Positions 16,333-23,837 of a stretch of DNA of 32,000 bases are shown here, one piece after another. The stretch covers positions 360,001 through 392,000 of the forward strand of contig OW818675.1 of assembly GCA_942493095.1 (NCBI GenBank), in the 5' to 3' direction. The stretch's first letter is position 1. Each line of letters opens with the position of its first letter. The position numbers and the translations under genes are program-made. Under the pieces are notes generated by a model. That model ran no database searches. It saw only the letters and a program-made list of their open reading frames with translations, and was not told where the DNA came from. The DNA comes from Candidatus Electronema halotolerans. Its GTDB lineage: Bacteria; Desulfobacterota; Desulfobulbia; Desulfobulbales; Desulfobulbaceae.

Positions 16333-18138
16333 ATGAGCCTGCTTGAAAGCAATGAGCTGCTTGACCTGCTCTTGGGGCACCGGCTGATCAGCGAGCAGCA
16401 GAAAAAGTTTGTCCTCCGCAACAAGGAGCGGCAGCGGCAGCATCTCCGCAAGCTGCAGCGGGAGCACAAATTGGTTGTGGGCCGGGGCTATCCTGACATG
16501 GCCGACATCATCACCTCAATGAAGCTGGAGGTTCCGGGCGGCGAGAAAAAACTCCTCACCGAGGAGATGGTCATGCGGACGGTCGCCCATCATCTCAAGA
16601 TTCCCTTTAAAAAGCTTGATCCGCTGGAGCTGGACATCCAGATTGTCACCAAGACCATTCCCCGCTCCTTTGCCATCAACCATCTGATCCTGCCCTTTGA
16701 AGTCCGCAACGGCGTGCTCCAAGTCGTGACCTATGACCCGGAAGACCGCACCCCTTTGGACGACATTGAGCAGGTCAATCAGATCAAGGTCAACCCGTGG
16801 TTGAGCACCCGCTCGGACATCCGCAAGATTCTTTCCGAGTTCTTCGGCTTTCAGCAGTCGATCACCGCAGCGGAAAGCCAGTTCAGCAGCACGAGCGGCA
16901 GCGCGGCTGTGGATATTGGCAACCTGGAGCAGTATGTCAAGCTGTCGTCAAACACGGAACTCAGCTCCACGGACCAGCACATCAAGGCGGCGGTCAATCA
17001 TCTGTTCAAATACGCCATTGAGCAGCGGGCCAGCGACATTCATGTTGAGCCGAAGCGGGAAGCCTGTTTGATCCGCTACCGGATTGACGGCATCCTCCAC
17101 ACCATCTACAAGCTGCCCAAGGCTGTGCATTCGGCCATCACCTCGCGCATCAAGGCCTTGGCCCGCTTGGACATTGCCGAGAAGCGGCGGCCCCAGGACG
17201 GCAGAATCAAAATCAGCCAGCAGGACGGCAAGGAGGTGGAGCTGCGCATCTCCACCATTCCGGTTTCTTTTGGCGAGAAGACGGTCATGCGCATCTTAGA
17301 CACCAGCGTCATCTTTCAAGATATTGATGAGATGGGTTTCTCCAAGCGCGACCGGGCGGTTTACAACTCCTTGATGACTGCCCAGCACGGCTTGGTCTTT
17401 GTCACTGGCCCGACTGGCAGCGGCAAGTCAACCACCCTCTATTCCACCCTGAAAAAGATTTCCACGCCAGAAATCAACATCATCACGGTTGAAGACCCAG
17501 TGGAGATGGTGCATGAGGACTTTAATCAGATTGCGGTCCAGCCGCAGATTGATATCACCTTTTCCACCATCCTGCGCAACATCCTCCGGCAAGACCCGGA
17601 CGTGATCATGATTGGCGAAATCCGCGACTTGGAAACTGCCACGCACGCGGTGCAGGCCGCCCTGACCGGGCATCTGGTTTTTTCCACCCTGCACACCAAT
17701 GACGCAGTTTCCACGGTCATCCGCCTGCAAGACCTTGGCTTGGAGCCGTTCCTGATCGCCTCAACCATGCTGGGCGCGCTGGCCCAGCGCTTGGTGCGCA
17801 AAATCTGTCCGTACTGCATCACCGGCTATGAAGAAGACTTTTTCGAGCTGCAACGGATGGGCTTTCCGGTTTCTGGCGAGGGAAAAATTGAACTCAAGCG
17901 GGGCAAGGGCTGCAAGGAATGCCGCAAGACCGGCTATGCCGGACGGATGGGCATTTTTGAGCTGTTTCCCATGTCAGACCGGCTGAAGAAGCTGGTCACA
18001 GAAAAGGCGGCAGATGCCGAGCTGCGGCAAGTGGCGATCCGCGAGGGCATGACCACGCTCAAGGAAGATGCCTGGCTGAAGGTCAAAAACGGCCTGACCA
18101 CGGTTGAAGAAGCTCTCCGCGTCTGCGGCGATGCCTGA
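16333..18138 (+). CDS. GspE/PilB-family type II/IV secretion ATPase with an N-terminal T2SSE_N (MshEN-like) domain
   Basis: Walker A GPTGSGKST, Asp box, Walker B DPDVIMIGEIRD, His box TGHLVFSTLHTN, and the tetracysteine CPYC...CKEC. Confidence 0.88.
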   Translation: MSLLESNELLDLLLGHRLISEQQKKFVLRNKERQRQHLRKLQREHKLVVGRGYPDMADIITSMKLEVPGGEKKLLTEEMVMRTVAHHLKIPFKKLDPLELDIQIVTKTIPRSFAINHLILPFEVRNGVLQVVTYDPEDRTPLDDIEQVNQIKVNPWLSTRSDIRKILSEFFGFQQSITAAESQFSSTSGSAAVDIGNLEQYVKLSSNTELSSTDQHIKAAVNHLFKYAIEQRASDIHVEPKREACLIRYRIDGILHTIYKLPKAVHSAITSRIKALARLDIAEKRRPQDGRIKISQQDGKEVELRISTIPVSFGEKTVMRILDTSVIFQDIDEMGFSKRDRAVYNSLMTAQHGLVFVTGPTGSGKSTTLYSTLKKISTPEINIITVEDPVEMVHEDFNQIAVQPQIDITFSTILRNILRQDPDVIMIGEIRDLETATHAVQAALTGHLVFSTLHTNDAVSTVIRLQDLGLEPFLIASTMLGALAQRLVRKICPYCITGYEEDFFELQRMGFPVSGEGKIELKRGKGCKECRKTGYAGRMGIFELFPMSDRLKKLVTEKAADAELRQVAIREGMTTLKEDAWLKVKNGLTTVEEALRVCGDA

Positions 18139-18187
18139 ATGCCGACTGCATTTCCATCATCTGAGTTGATCCTTTTTGGAAACCGTA

Positions 18188-19255
18188 ATGCAGACAGACA
18201 ACAGTCGGAACAACATGTATTTCAATACAGTCTTTCTTTTGTCCCTGCTCCTGCTGGGCCTGGTGCTCTGGCCCTTCTGGCAGCTCTTGGTCCTGGCCTT
18301 CCTGCTTTCCGGCATTTTCCGCCCGGTTTACAGCTGGCTGCTCCGCTGGGTCTCGCCGTGGATGGCCTCCAGCCTGACCTGCGCCCTGATTGGCCTGATT
18401 GTCTTTGTGCCGCTGACCTTCTGCATCACGGCCCTGTCCTCAGAGGCTCTGAATCTCTATCAGCTTGGCAGAAGCAGCAACCTGCTCCTGCATATCCAGC
18501 AGACTATCCAAGAAAGCAGCTGGGTTGTTCATGCCCAGAAAGTGCTGACCGACTTTGACATCAACTTCCAGCCCTCGGACATCATCGGCATTGTTTCCGA
18601 CCTGAGCAAGGATGCAGGACTGTTCATCTACGGCAAGGCCTCGGCTTGGGCTGCGGACATCATGAGCTTTGTCTTTCAGTTCTGCTTTCTGATTCTGATG
18701 ATCTACTTTCTGCTCATCGACATAGACCGTCTGATCCGCTTTCTGATCCGCCTTTCGCCGCTGGCGGACGAGCAGGATGCTCTGCTCTTGGCGAAATTTC
18801 AGGAAATCGCCGGAGTGATTCTGATCGGCAACGGCATCAGCGGCCTGTTTCAGGGCCTGCTGGGCGGCATCCTTTTTGCTGTCCTCGGCATCAGCTCGCC
18901 AGTGCTCTGGGCAGGGGTGATGGGCATTCTCGCCTTTCTGCCCATTTTCGGCATTGGTCTGGTGCTGATTCCGGCGACAGGCATTCTTTTCATGAGCGGC
19001 GCGCCAGGACAGGCGGCAATTGTCTTCATCTTCTACCTTGTGCTGTCCTTCACTGTCGAATACCTGCTCAAGCCGAAATTTGTCGGCAGCCAGGTCAAAA
19101 TGCACACCCTGCTGGTCTTTCTCGCCATCCTCGGTGGCATGTCCATGTTCGGCGTGCTGGGCATCATCTACGGCCCGCTGGTGGTCACCGCTTTTCAGAC
19201 CCTGTCAGACATTCACCTGCGCGAGCATCAGCCGCTGCCGGAAAGCTCAGGCTAA
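18188..19255 (+). CDS. AI-2E family transporter (UPF0118/PerM-like permease)
   Basis: Polytopic membrane protein with the C-terminal [13 protein letters not shown]...YLLKPKFVG...[12 protein letters not shown] signature. The first ATG is at 18188. Confidence 0.8.
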   Translation: MQTDNSRNNMYFNTVFLLSLLLLGLVLWPFWQLLVLAFLLSGIFRPVYSWLLRWVSPWMASSLTCALIGLIVFVPLTFCITALSSEALNLYQLGRSSNLLLHIQQTIQESSWVVHAQKVLTDFDINFQPSDIIGIVSDLSKDAGLFIYGKASAWAADIMSFVFQFCFLILMIYFLLIDIDRLIRFLIRLSPLADEQDALLLAKFQEIAGVILIGNGISGLFQGLLGGILFAVLGISSPVLWAGVMGILAFLPIFGIGLVLIPATGILFMSGAPGQAAIVFIFYLVLSFTVEYLLKPKFVGSQVKMHTLLVFLAILGGMSMFGVLGIIYGPLVVTAFQTLSDIHLREHQPLPESSG

Positions 19256-20470
19256 GGCCGCCTTGAGCCGCTCCATCGCCCGCACCACGTTGTCGCGGGA
19301 GTTGAAGGCGGAAAGACGGATGTAACCCTGCCCGCATTTGCCAAAGCCTGCGCCCGGCGTGCAGACCACGCCCGCCTTGTTCAGGAGCAGGTCAAAGAAT
19401 TCCCACGAGCTGCGCTGGCAGTGAATCCAGATGTATGGCGCATTGGCTGCGCCAACGTAATCAAAGCCCAAGTCCTTGATGGCCGCCGCGATCAGATCAG
19501 CATTCTCCAGATAGCCATTGATCAGAGCCTTGGTCTGGGCCTTGCCTTCCTCGGAATAAACCGCCTCTGCCGCCCGCTGCACCGGATAGGACACGCCGTT
19601 GAACTTGGTGCAGTGGCGGCGGTTCCAGAGCGGATGAATGAGCTGCCTGCCGCCTGCGCTGTCAAAGGCGGCGCATTCTTTTGGCACCACGGTGTAGGCG
19701 CAGCGGGTGCCGGTGAAGCCCGCGTTTTTTGAGAAGGAGCGGAACTCGATGGCCACTTCCCGCGCCCCTTCAATCTCAAAGATGGAATGCGGCAACGATT
19801 CATCGCGGATGAAGGCCTCATAAGCTGCGTCAAAAAGAATCAAAGCCTTGTTGTCCTTGGCATAATCCACCCATGTTTTCAGCTCGGCCTTGCTGATCGT
19901 GGAGCCGGTCGGATTGTTGGGAAAGCAGAGATAGATCAGGTCAACCGGCTCCTTGGGCAGCTCAGGCACATAGTTGTTTTCCGCTGTCGAATCCAAATAG
20001 ACCAGCCCCTGATAGCGGCCCTCGGCAAAGCTGCCCGTGCGTCCGGCCATGACATTGGTGTCCAAATAGACCGGATAAACCGGATCAGGAATCGCCACCC
20101 GCGCATCAGTGCTGAACAATTCCTGAATATTGCCGGTGTCGCACTTGGCTCCGTCAGAGATGAAAATCTCATCCGGGCTGATCTCCGCGCCGCGAGCATG
20201 GAAATCGTTTTCAGCAATTGCCTCGCGGAGAAAGGCATAACCCTGCTCCGGGCCATAGCCGCGAAAGGTGCTGTCTTCAGCCATCTCATCCACGGCCCGA
20301 TGAAAGGCGGCAATGCAGGCAGGCGGCAACGCCTTGGTCACATCGCCGATGCCGAGGCGGATGATTTCCTTGTCCGGGTTGGCTTCCTGAAAGGCCGCAA
20401 TTTGCTTGGCAATGTCAGAAAACAGATATGAGGCTTGCAGCTTCAGATAGTGCTCGTTGATTTTCAGCAT
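19247..20470 (-). CDS. dapL: LL-diaminopimelate aminotransferase
   Basis: [22 protein letters not shown]...[30 protein letters not shown] (PLP Lys). 407 aa. The 3' end overlaps the convergent AI-2E gene by 9 nt. Confidence 0.9.
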   Translation of the reverse strand: MLKINEHYLKLQASYLFSDIAKQIAAFQEANPDKEIIRLGIGDVTKALPPACIAAFHRAVDEMAEDSTFRGYGPEQGYAFLREAIAENDFHARGAEISPDEIFISDGAKCDTGNIQELFSTDARVAIPDPVYPVYLDTNVMAGRTGSFAEGRYQGLVYLDSTAENNYVPELPKEPVDLIYLCFPNNPTGSTISKAELKTWVDYAKDNKALILFDAAYEAFIRDESLPHSIFEIEGAREVAIEFRSFSKNAGFTGTRCAYTVVPKECAAFDSAGGRQLIHPLWNRRHCTKFNGVSYPVQRAAEAVYSEEGKAQTKALINGYLENADLIAAAIKDLGFDYVGAANAPYIWIHCQRSSWEFFDLLLNKAGVVCTPGAGFGKCGQGYIRLSAFNSRDNVVRAMERLKAALA

Positions 20471-20541
20471 GACTGTTTTGGAAAGTTGCGGACGTTTTTC
20501 TTTGCCAGTCCGTCAGTTGCAACGGTAAAGAGTGGTGCTGG

Positions 20542-20569
20542 ATATTACCTGATGCTGGGAAAAAGTCAA
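20542..20569 (-). promoter_or_regulatory. Sigma70-like promoter candidate for dapL
   Basis: On the minus strand: TTGACT (20569-20564), 16-nt spacer, TAATAT (20547-20542). About 70 nt upstream of the dapL ATG. Confidence 0.4.
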
Positions 20570-20640
20570 GCTGCGACGGAACAGCAGCTCTGAAGACGTG
20601 ATGAATCATTAGCGGCCCGACGCGCCCGCACAGTCAGTTA

Positions 20641-20706
20641 TTCTCCCGATGCTGCTGTCGGGGAAAGGACAAGCCGCGCAGGGGTAATTCATGAATTACC
20701 CCTGCT
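20641..20706. repeat. Repeat module part 1, copy A (66 nt; contains a 28-bp perfect palindrome at 20678-20705)
   Basis: Aligns without gaps to 23572-23637 with 6 mismatches in 66 by my count. The palindrome is GCAGGGGTAATTCATGAATTACCCCTGC. Confidence 0.85.
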
Positions 20707-21017
20707 CCCCGCGTGTATATGCCACATTGCCCAGATTGGCGTAATATGCCGCCATGCCTTCTTTGCTGCCCAAGGCTTCGCCGATCTCAAGGCTCTTCCT
20801 GTACATCTCCTCGGCCTTGTTCAGCTCCCCGCGTATGGAAGCCGTAGCGCAGCATCAGCTTGATGATGATGCCGGCATCCTGCTGCGAAACCTGCGGCAG
20901 CAGGCCGGACTTGATCAGCTCGCTGTGAATGCCGAAGACCAGCATCAGGACAAAGCCAATCAGCACCAGCGGGATGGCCAGATACTTGGCAATCTTCTCA
21001 AAGCCAGCAAGGTTCAT
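20696..21017 (-). pseudogene. Remnant of a TM-anchored TPR protein gene (76-aa ORF 20787-21017 plus an out-of-frame TPR unit ending inside the palindrome)
   Basis: ATG at 21017 with AGGAG 7 nt upstream encodes a TM helix (YLAIPLVLIGFVLMLVF). The last ~135 nt read in another frame as a canonical TPR unit RGELNKAEEMYRKSLEIGEALGSKEGMAAYYANLGNVAYTRGEQG*, with its stop at 20696-20698. Confidence 0.45.
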
Positions 21018-21150
21018 GCTGTTGCTCCTGCGGTGTGAGCGGGCCGGGCATGGCGGCCTCCTGTGAACAAGATGGGCGGCGGGAAAAGCGGACTATAGCC
21101 GAAAGCTGGAGAAAAGACAAGATGCTGCTGACTCCGCCCCTTGCGAGCGG
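21003..21150. repeat. Repeat module part 2, copy A (148 nt)
   Basis: Aligns end-to-end without gaps to 23687-23834, with about 14 mismatches in 148 by my count. Begins right after the stop of the 21170-22054 gene. Confidence 0.85.
21092..21120 (-). promoter_or_regulatory. Sigma70-like promoter candidate inside repeat part 2 (copy A)
   Basis: On the minus strand: TTGTCT (21120-21115), 17 nt, TATAGT (21097-21092). About 75 nt upstream of the small ORF ATG. In copy B the -10 is degraded to TCTAAT. Confidence 0.3.
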
Positions 21151-21169
21151 AGCCAGCGCGGCAGGCGGG

Positions 21170-22054
21170 TCAGTCGAGCATGGCTGCCAGGGCGGCGGCC
21201 AGCTTCTTGATGGCAATGGAGGAAGGCGCGTCCGGGTGCATGACCACGCCCAGACCGCCTTGGGCCAAGGCCTGGGGCAGGAGCGGATCGTAGGGGATTT
21301 CCGTAAGCAGGGGCAGGTTCTCTTGGTCCAGCCAGGTCAGGAGCCGGTCCCGTGACGGGCCGTGCATGTCAGCCCGGTTGAGCACTGCGCCCGCTGGAAT
21401 GCGGAAGCCGCGCAGGACCTCGGCAACCCGCTGCAAGTCACTGAGCGCGGCAGGGCTTGGCTCCGTGACCAGCACAGCGTAATCTGCGCCCTTGAGAGCG
21501 GCGATCACCGGGCAGCCGATGCCGGGCGGCCCGTCAGTCAGGAGCAGGTCGCTGCGGGTCAGGGCAGCCTCCTGCCTGGCCTGCTTCTTGACCATATCGA
21601 CCAAACGGCCTGAGCTGGATTCGCCAATGCCCAGCTCGCCTGCCACCACCCGTATTGAACCGGCATTGACCATGTTGATTCTGCCGTTCTCAACCGGCTG
21701 GACGGTGATCGCGCCGGTCGGGCAGACTATGGCGCAGGCCCCGCAGCCCTCGCAGGAGTAGCTGATGATGATCGGCTCGTCCTCGCCGATGATCGAGCCG
21801 AACTTGCACACGTCGCGGCAGGCCATGCAGCGGCTGCACTGGTCCGGGTCAATCACAGCCTTGTCCGAAGCCTTGATGCCCATGCTGCGGTCAAAGGCCG
21901 CGCCAAGGACAAGGTGGAGATTGGGAGCATCCACGTCCGTGTCTGCCAAGACCAAGCGGCGTTGGCCGTTCCCGGCCAGCAGATGACCGAGAGCGGCGGT
22001 CAGAGAGGACTTGCCCACCCCTCCCTTGCCGCTGAGAATGACGATCTCTTTCAT
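21170..22054 (-). CDS. MinD/ParA-superfamily P-loop ATPase with an inserted 2x[4Fe-4S] ferredoxin domain (COG1149-type)
   Basis: Deviant Walker A SGKGGVGKSS. Ferredoxin motifs CSRCMACRDVC and CEGCGACAIVCP. Second NTPase half LLTDGPPGIGCP...LVTEPSP. Confidence 0.8.
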   Translation of the reverse strand: MKEIVILSGKGGVGKSSLTAALGHLLAGNGQRRLVLADTDVDAPNLHLVLGAAFDRSMGIKASDKAVIDPDQCSRCMACRDVCKFGSIIGEDEPIIISYSCEGCGACAIVCPTGAITVQPVENGRINMVNAGSIRVVAGELGIGESSSGRLVDMVKKQARQEAALTRSDLLLTDGPPGIGCPVIAALKGADYAVLVTEPSPAALSDLQRVAEVLRGFRIPAGAVLNRADMHGPSRDRLLTWLDQENLPLLTEIPYDPLLPQALAQGGLGVVMHPDAPSSIAIKKLAAALAAMLD

Positions 22055-23004
22055 TTCCCCTCCTTGCAGATGTGCTGGGCCGCAATGCGCTCGGCCATCT
22101 CCATGAACACGGCAGCGGCCAAGGAGTCTGGGCTGGAGCGCACCACCGGCACCCCGTTTAAGTAGCTGGCTAACAGTTCCTTGTCCAAGGCCAGACTGGT
22201 GGTTACGGCAGTGTCATGGGCAGCAGCGGTCTTGTCGATCTCCTCCTTGCGGCCCGGCAGATCAGCCCGGTTGAGGATTACGCTCCTGCTGACTTGGAAC
22301 ATGTCGAGCAGGGAGAGCATCAGGTCAAGGTCATGCGCGCCGAGCGGGGTCGGCTCGGTCACGGCCACAACATGAACCGCACCCTTGAGCGCGCCAATGA
22401 CGTTGCAGTGGGTGCCGGGCGAGGTGTCAACAAGGATGATGTCGAACTGCTCCGCCTCGGCAAAAGCCCGCTCCTTGACGGCGGCCACCACGTGCGCGCT
22501 TTCGGCCAGACCCGGATGGAGCGCGCCGGTGTAGAGGGTCAGCTTGTCCTGCGTGCTCTTGTAGGTCGTGCCGACCGAGTGACTGCCCCGGCTGATGGCT
22601 CCCTTTTCCGGGCAGACCAGCAGGCAGGCTTCGCAGCCGTTGCACTCGCCCATCAGGGTGATGTGCTTGGCTTTAGCCCGGAACAGGCTGTTCATCCGGC
22701 AGGCTTGGACGCATTTCTGGCAGTCGCTGCAAAGTTCTTGGTGGAAGACAGGCTGGGTGCTGGCCGCATCCTGCGGCTCCTCAAGGGGCATGCTGAGGAG
22801 AATGTGGCCATTGGGCGCATCCACATCCGCGTCAATCAGGGCGGTGCGCCAGCCCTGCGCGGCCAAGGCGGCGGCAAGATTGACTGCCACAGTGGTCTTG
22901 CCCACCCCGCCCTTGCCGCCGGTGATGCCGATCACTGGCACGGCTGCGGGCCGTTCGTGAAAGGCCTGAATGACTTCAGGCCGCAGGGCTGCCGCGCTCA
23001 TCAC
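22051..23004 (-). CDS. MinD/ParA-superfamily P-loop ATPase with an inserted 2x[4Fe-4S] ferredoxin domain (paralogue)
   Basis: TGGKGGVGKTT, CSDCQKCVQAC, CNGCEACLLVCP, ILVDTSPGTHC...AVTEPTP. 4-nt overlaps with both neighbours. Confidence 0.8.
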   Translation of the reverse strand: MMSAAALRPEVIQAFHERPAAVPVIGITGGKGGVGKTTVAVNLAAALAAQGWRTALIDADVDAPNGHILLSMPLEEPQDAASTQPVFHQELCSDCQKCVQACRMNSLFRAKAKHITLMGECNGCEACLLVCPEKGAISRGSHSVGTTYKSTQDKLTLYTGALHPGLAESAHVVAAVKERAFAEAEQFDIILVDTSPGTHCNVIGALKGAVHVVAVTEPTPLGAHDLDLMLSLLDMFQVSRSVILNRADLPGRKEEIDKTAAAHDTAVTTSLALDKELLASYLNGVPVVRSSPDSLAAAVFMEMAERIAAQHICKEGK

Positions 23005-23459
23005 CAGCGGCCTCCGCCGTGACGGCGGCCTCCGCCAGCCCCGCCGCAGCCGCAGCCGCGTCCTCCACCCATGCCTTGGCCTGAGCCAGCCGCCTGCATG
23101 GCCGGAGCAGATGCTGCGCAGCTGCCTGCTGCGGCCCCGTACTTGCCTGCCTTGAACTGGGCCAGAGCCTCGCTGACTGTGCAGGCAGGCAGCCCCTCGT
23201 GCATGGCAATGCCTGCGGCGGACAGGGCGGTCTGCGCTTTCGGCCCCAGCCTGCCAGTCAGCACCGCTGCCACCCCGTGATCTGCCATGAGCTGGGCAGC
23301 GGCAATGCCTGCTCCGTGCCCGGCATTGACCGATGGGTTGGCAACAGCTTCTGCCGCGCCGGTTTCAGTGTCAATCAGCATGAACCACGGCGCACGGCCA
23401 AAGGCTGCGTCTGTGGCGGCGGACAAGTCGTTTCCTGCTGCAGTGATGCAAAGTTTCAT
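23001..23459 (-). CDS. NifB/NifX-family (dinitrogenase FeMo-cofactor-binding domain) protein with a Gly/Arg/Cys-rich C-terminal tail
   Basis: FGRAPWFMLID...GHGAGIAAAQLMADHGV.AVLTGRLGPKA...AGI matches the Nitro_FeMo-Co domain. Tail is GSGQGMGGGRGCGCGGAGGGRRHGGGRW. SD AAGGAGG. Confidence 0.75.
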   Translation of the reverse strand: MKLCITAAGNDLSAATDAAFGRAPWFMLIDTETGAAEAVANPSVNAGHGAGIAAAQLMADHGVAAVLTGRLGPKAQTALSAAGIAMHEGLPACTVSEALAQFKAGKYGAAAGSCAASAPAMQAAGSGQGMGGGRGCGCGGAGGGRRHGGGRW

Positions 23460-23500
23460 GGTGCTGCCTCCTTGCTTGGGTTTATTTTGTGCTTATGCTC

Positions 23501-23529
23501 ACAATAGACATAAAGAAGGCAGCTGTCAA
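23501..23529 (-). promoter_or_regulatory. Sigma70-like promoter candidate for the NifX-like/MinD-like operon
   Basis: On the minus strand: TTGACA (23529-23524), 17 nt, TATTGT (23506-23501). About 40 nt upstream of the ATG at 23459. Confidence 0.45.
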
Positions 23530-23571
23530 GCAGGGAAGAGCAATCTTTTTTCCCCGACAGCACTGTCGAGC

Positions 23572-23637
23572 TTCTCCTGATGCTGCTGTCGGGGAGAGAA
23601 CAAGCCGAGCAGGGGTGATTCATGAATCACCCCTGCT
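23572..23637. repeat. Repeat module part 1, copy B (66 nt; 28-bp perfect palindrome at 23609-23636)
   Basis: See copy A. The palindrome here is GCAGGGGTGATTCATGAATCACCCCTGC. In this copy only, an extra inverted repeat TCCCCGACAGC(23551-23561)/GCTGTCGGGGA(23585-23595) flanks it. Confidence 0.85.
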
Positions 23638-23686
23638 GATCGGCTGGCGCGCTGCTGGGCCAATGATGCCCCATTTTCTGATAAAA

Positions 23687-23834
23687 GCCTGCAAGGTTTA
23701 TGCTTCTGCTCCTGCGGTGTGAGTGGGCCGGATATGGCGGCCTTCTGTGAACAAGATGGGCGGCGGGAACAGCGGATTAGAGCCAACGGCTGGAGAAAAG
23801 ACAAGATGCTGCTGACTCCGCCCCTTGCGAGCGG
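23687..23834. repeat. Repeat module part 2, copy B (148 nt)
   Basis: See copy A. Begins 3 nt after the stop of the 23838-25151 gene. The small-ORF ATG is mutated to ATA and the ORF body is deleted: 49 nt separate parts 1 and 2 here, against 296 nt in copy A. Confidence 0.85.
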
Positions 23835-23837
23835 CGC

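Noticed and set aside
16333-16430. A c-di-GMP-binding MshEN motif in the GspE-like N-terminus
   Set aside because: Only a loose match. The conserved Gly of the (L/V/I)(L/V/I)xxG(L/V/I)(L/V/I) core is Arg here and the RLG is absent, so I cannot claim it from sequence alone.
18139-18558. A 139-aa ORF starting directly after the gspE-like stop
   Set aside because: It overlaps the AI-2E permease in another frame, has a Pro/Ala/Leu-rich low-complexity translation, and has no SD.
19247-19255. The 9-nt convergent overlap of the AI-2E and dapL 3' ends as a regulatory feature
   Set aside because: Short convergent overlaps are common in compact genomes, and I saw no associated structure.
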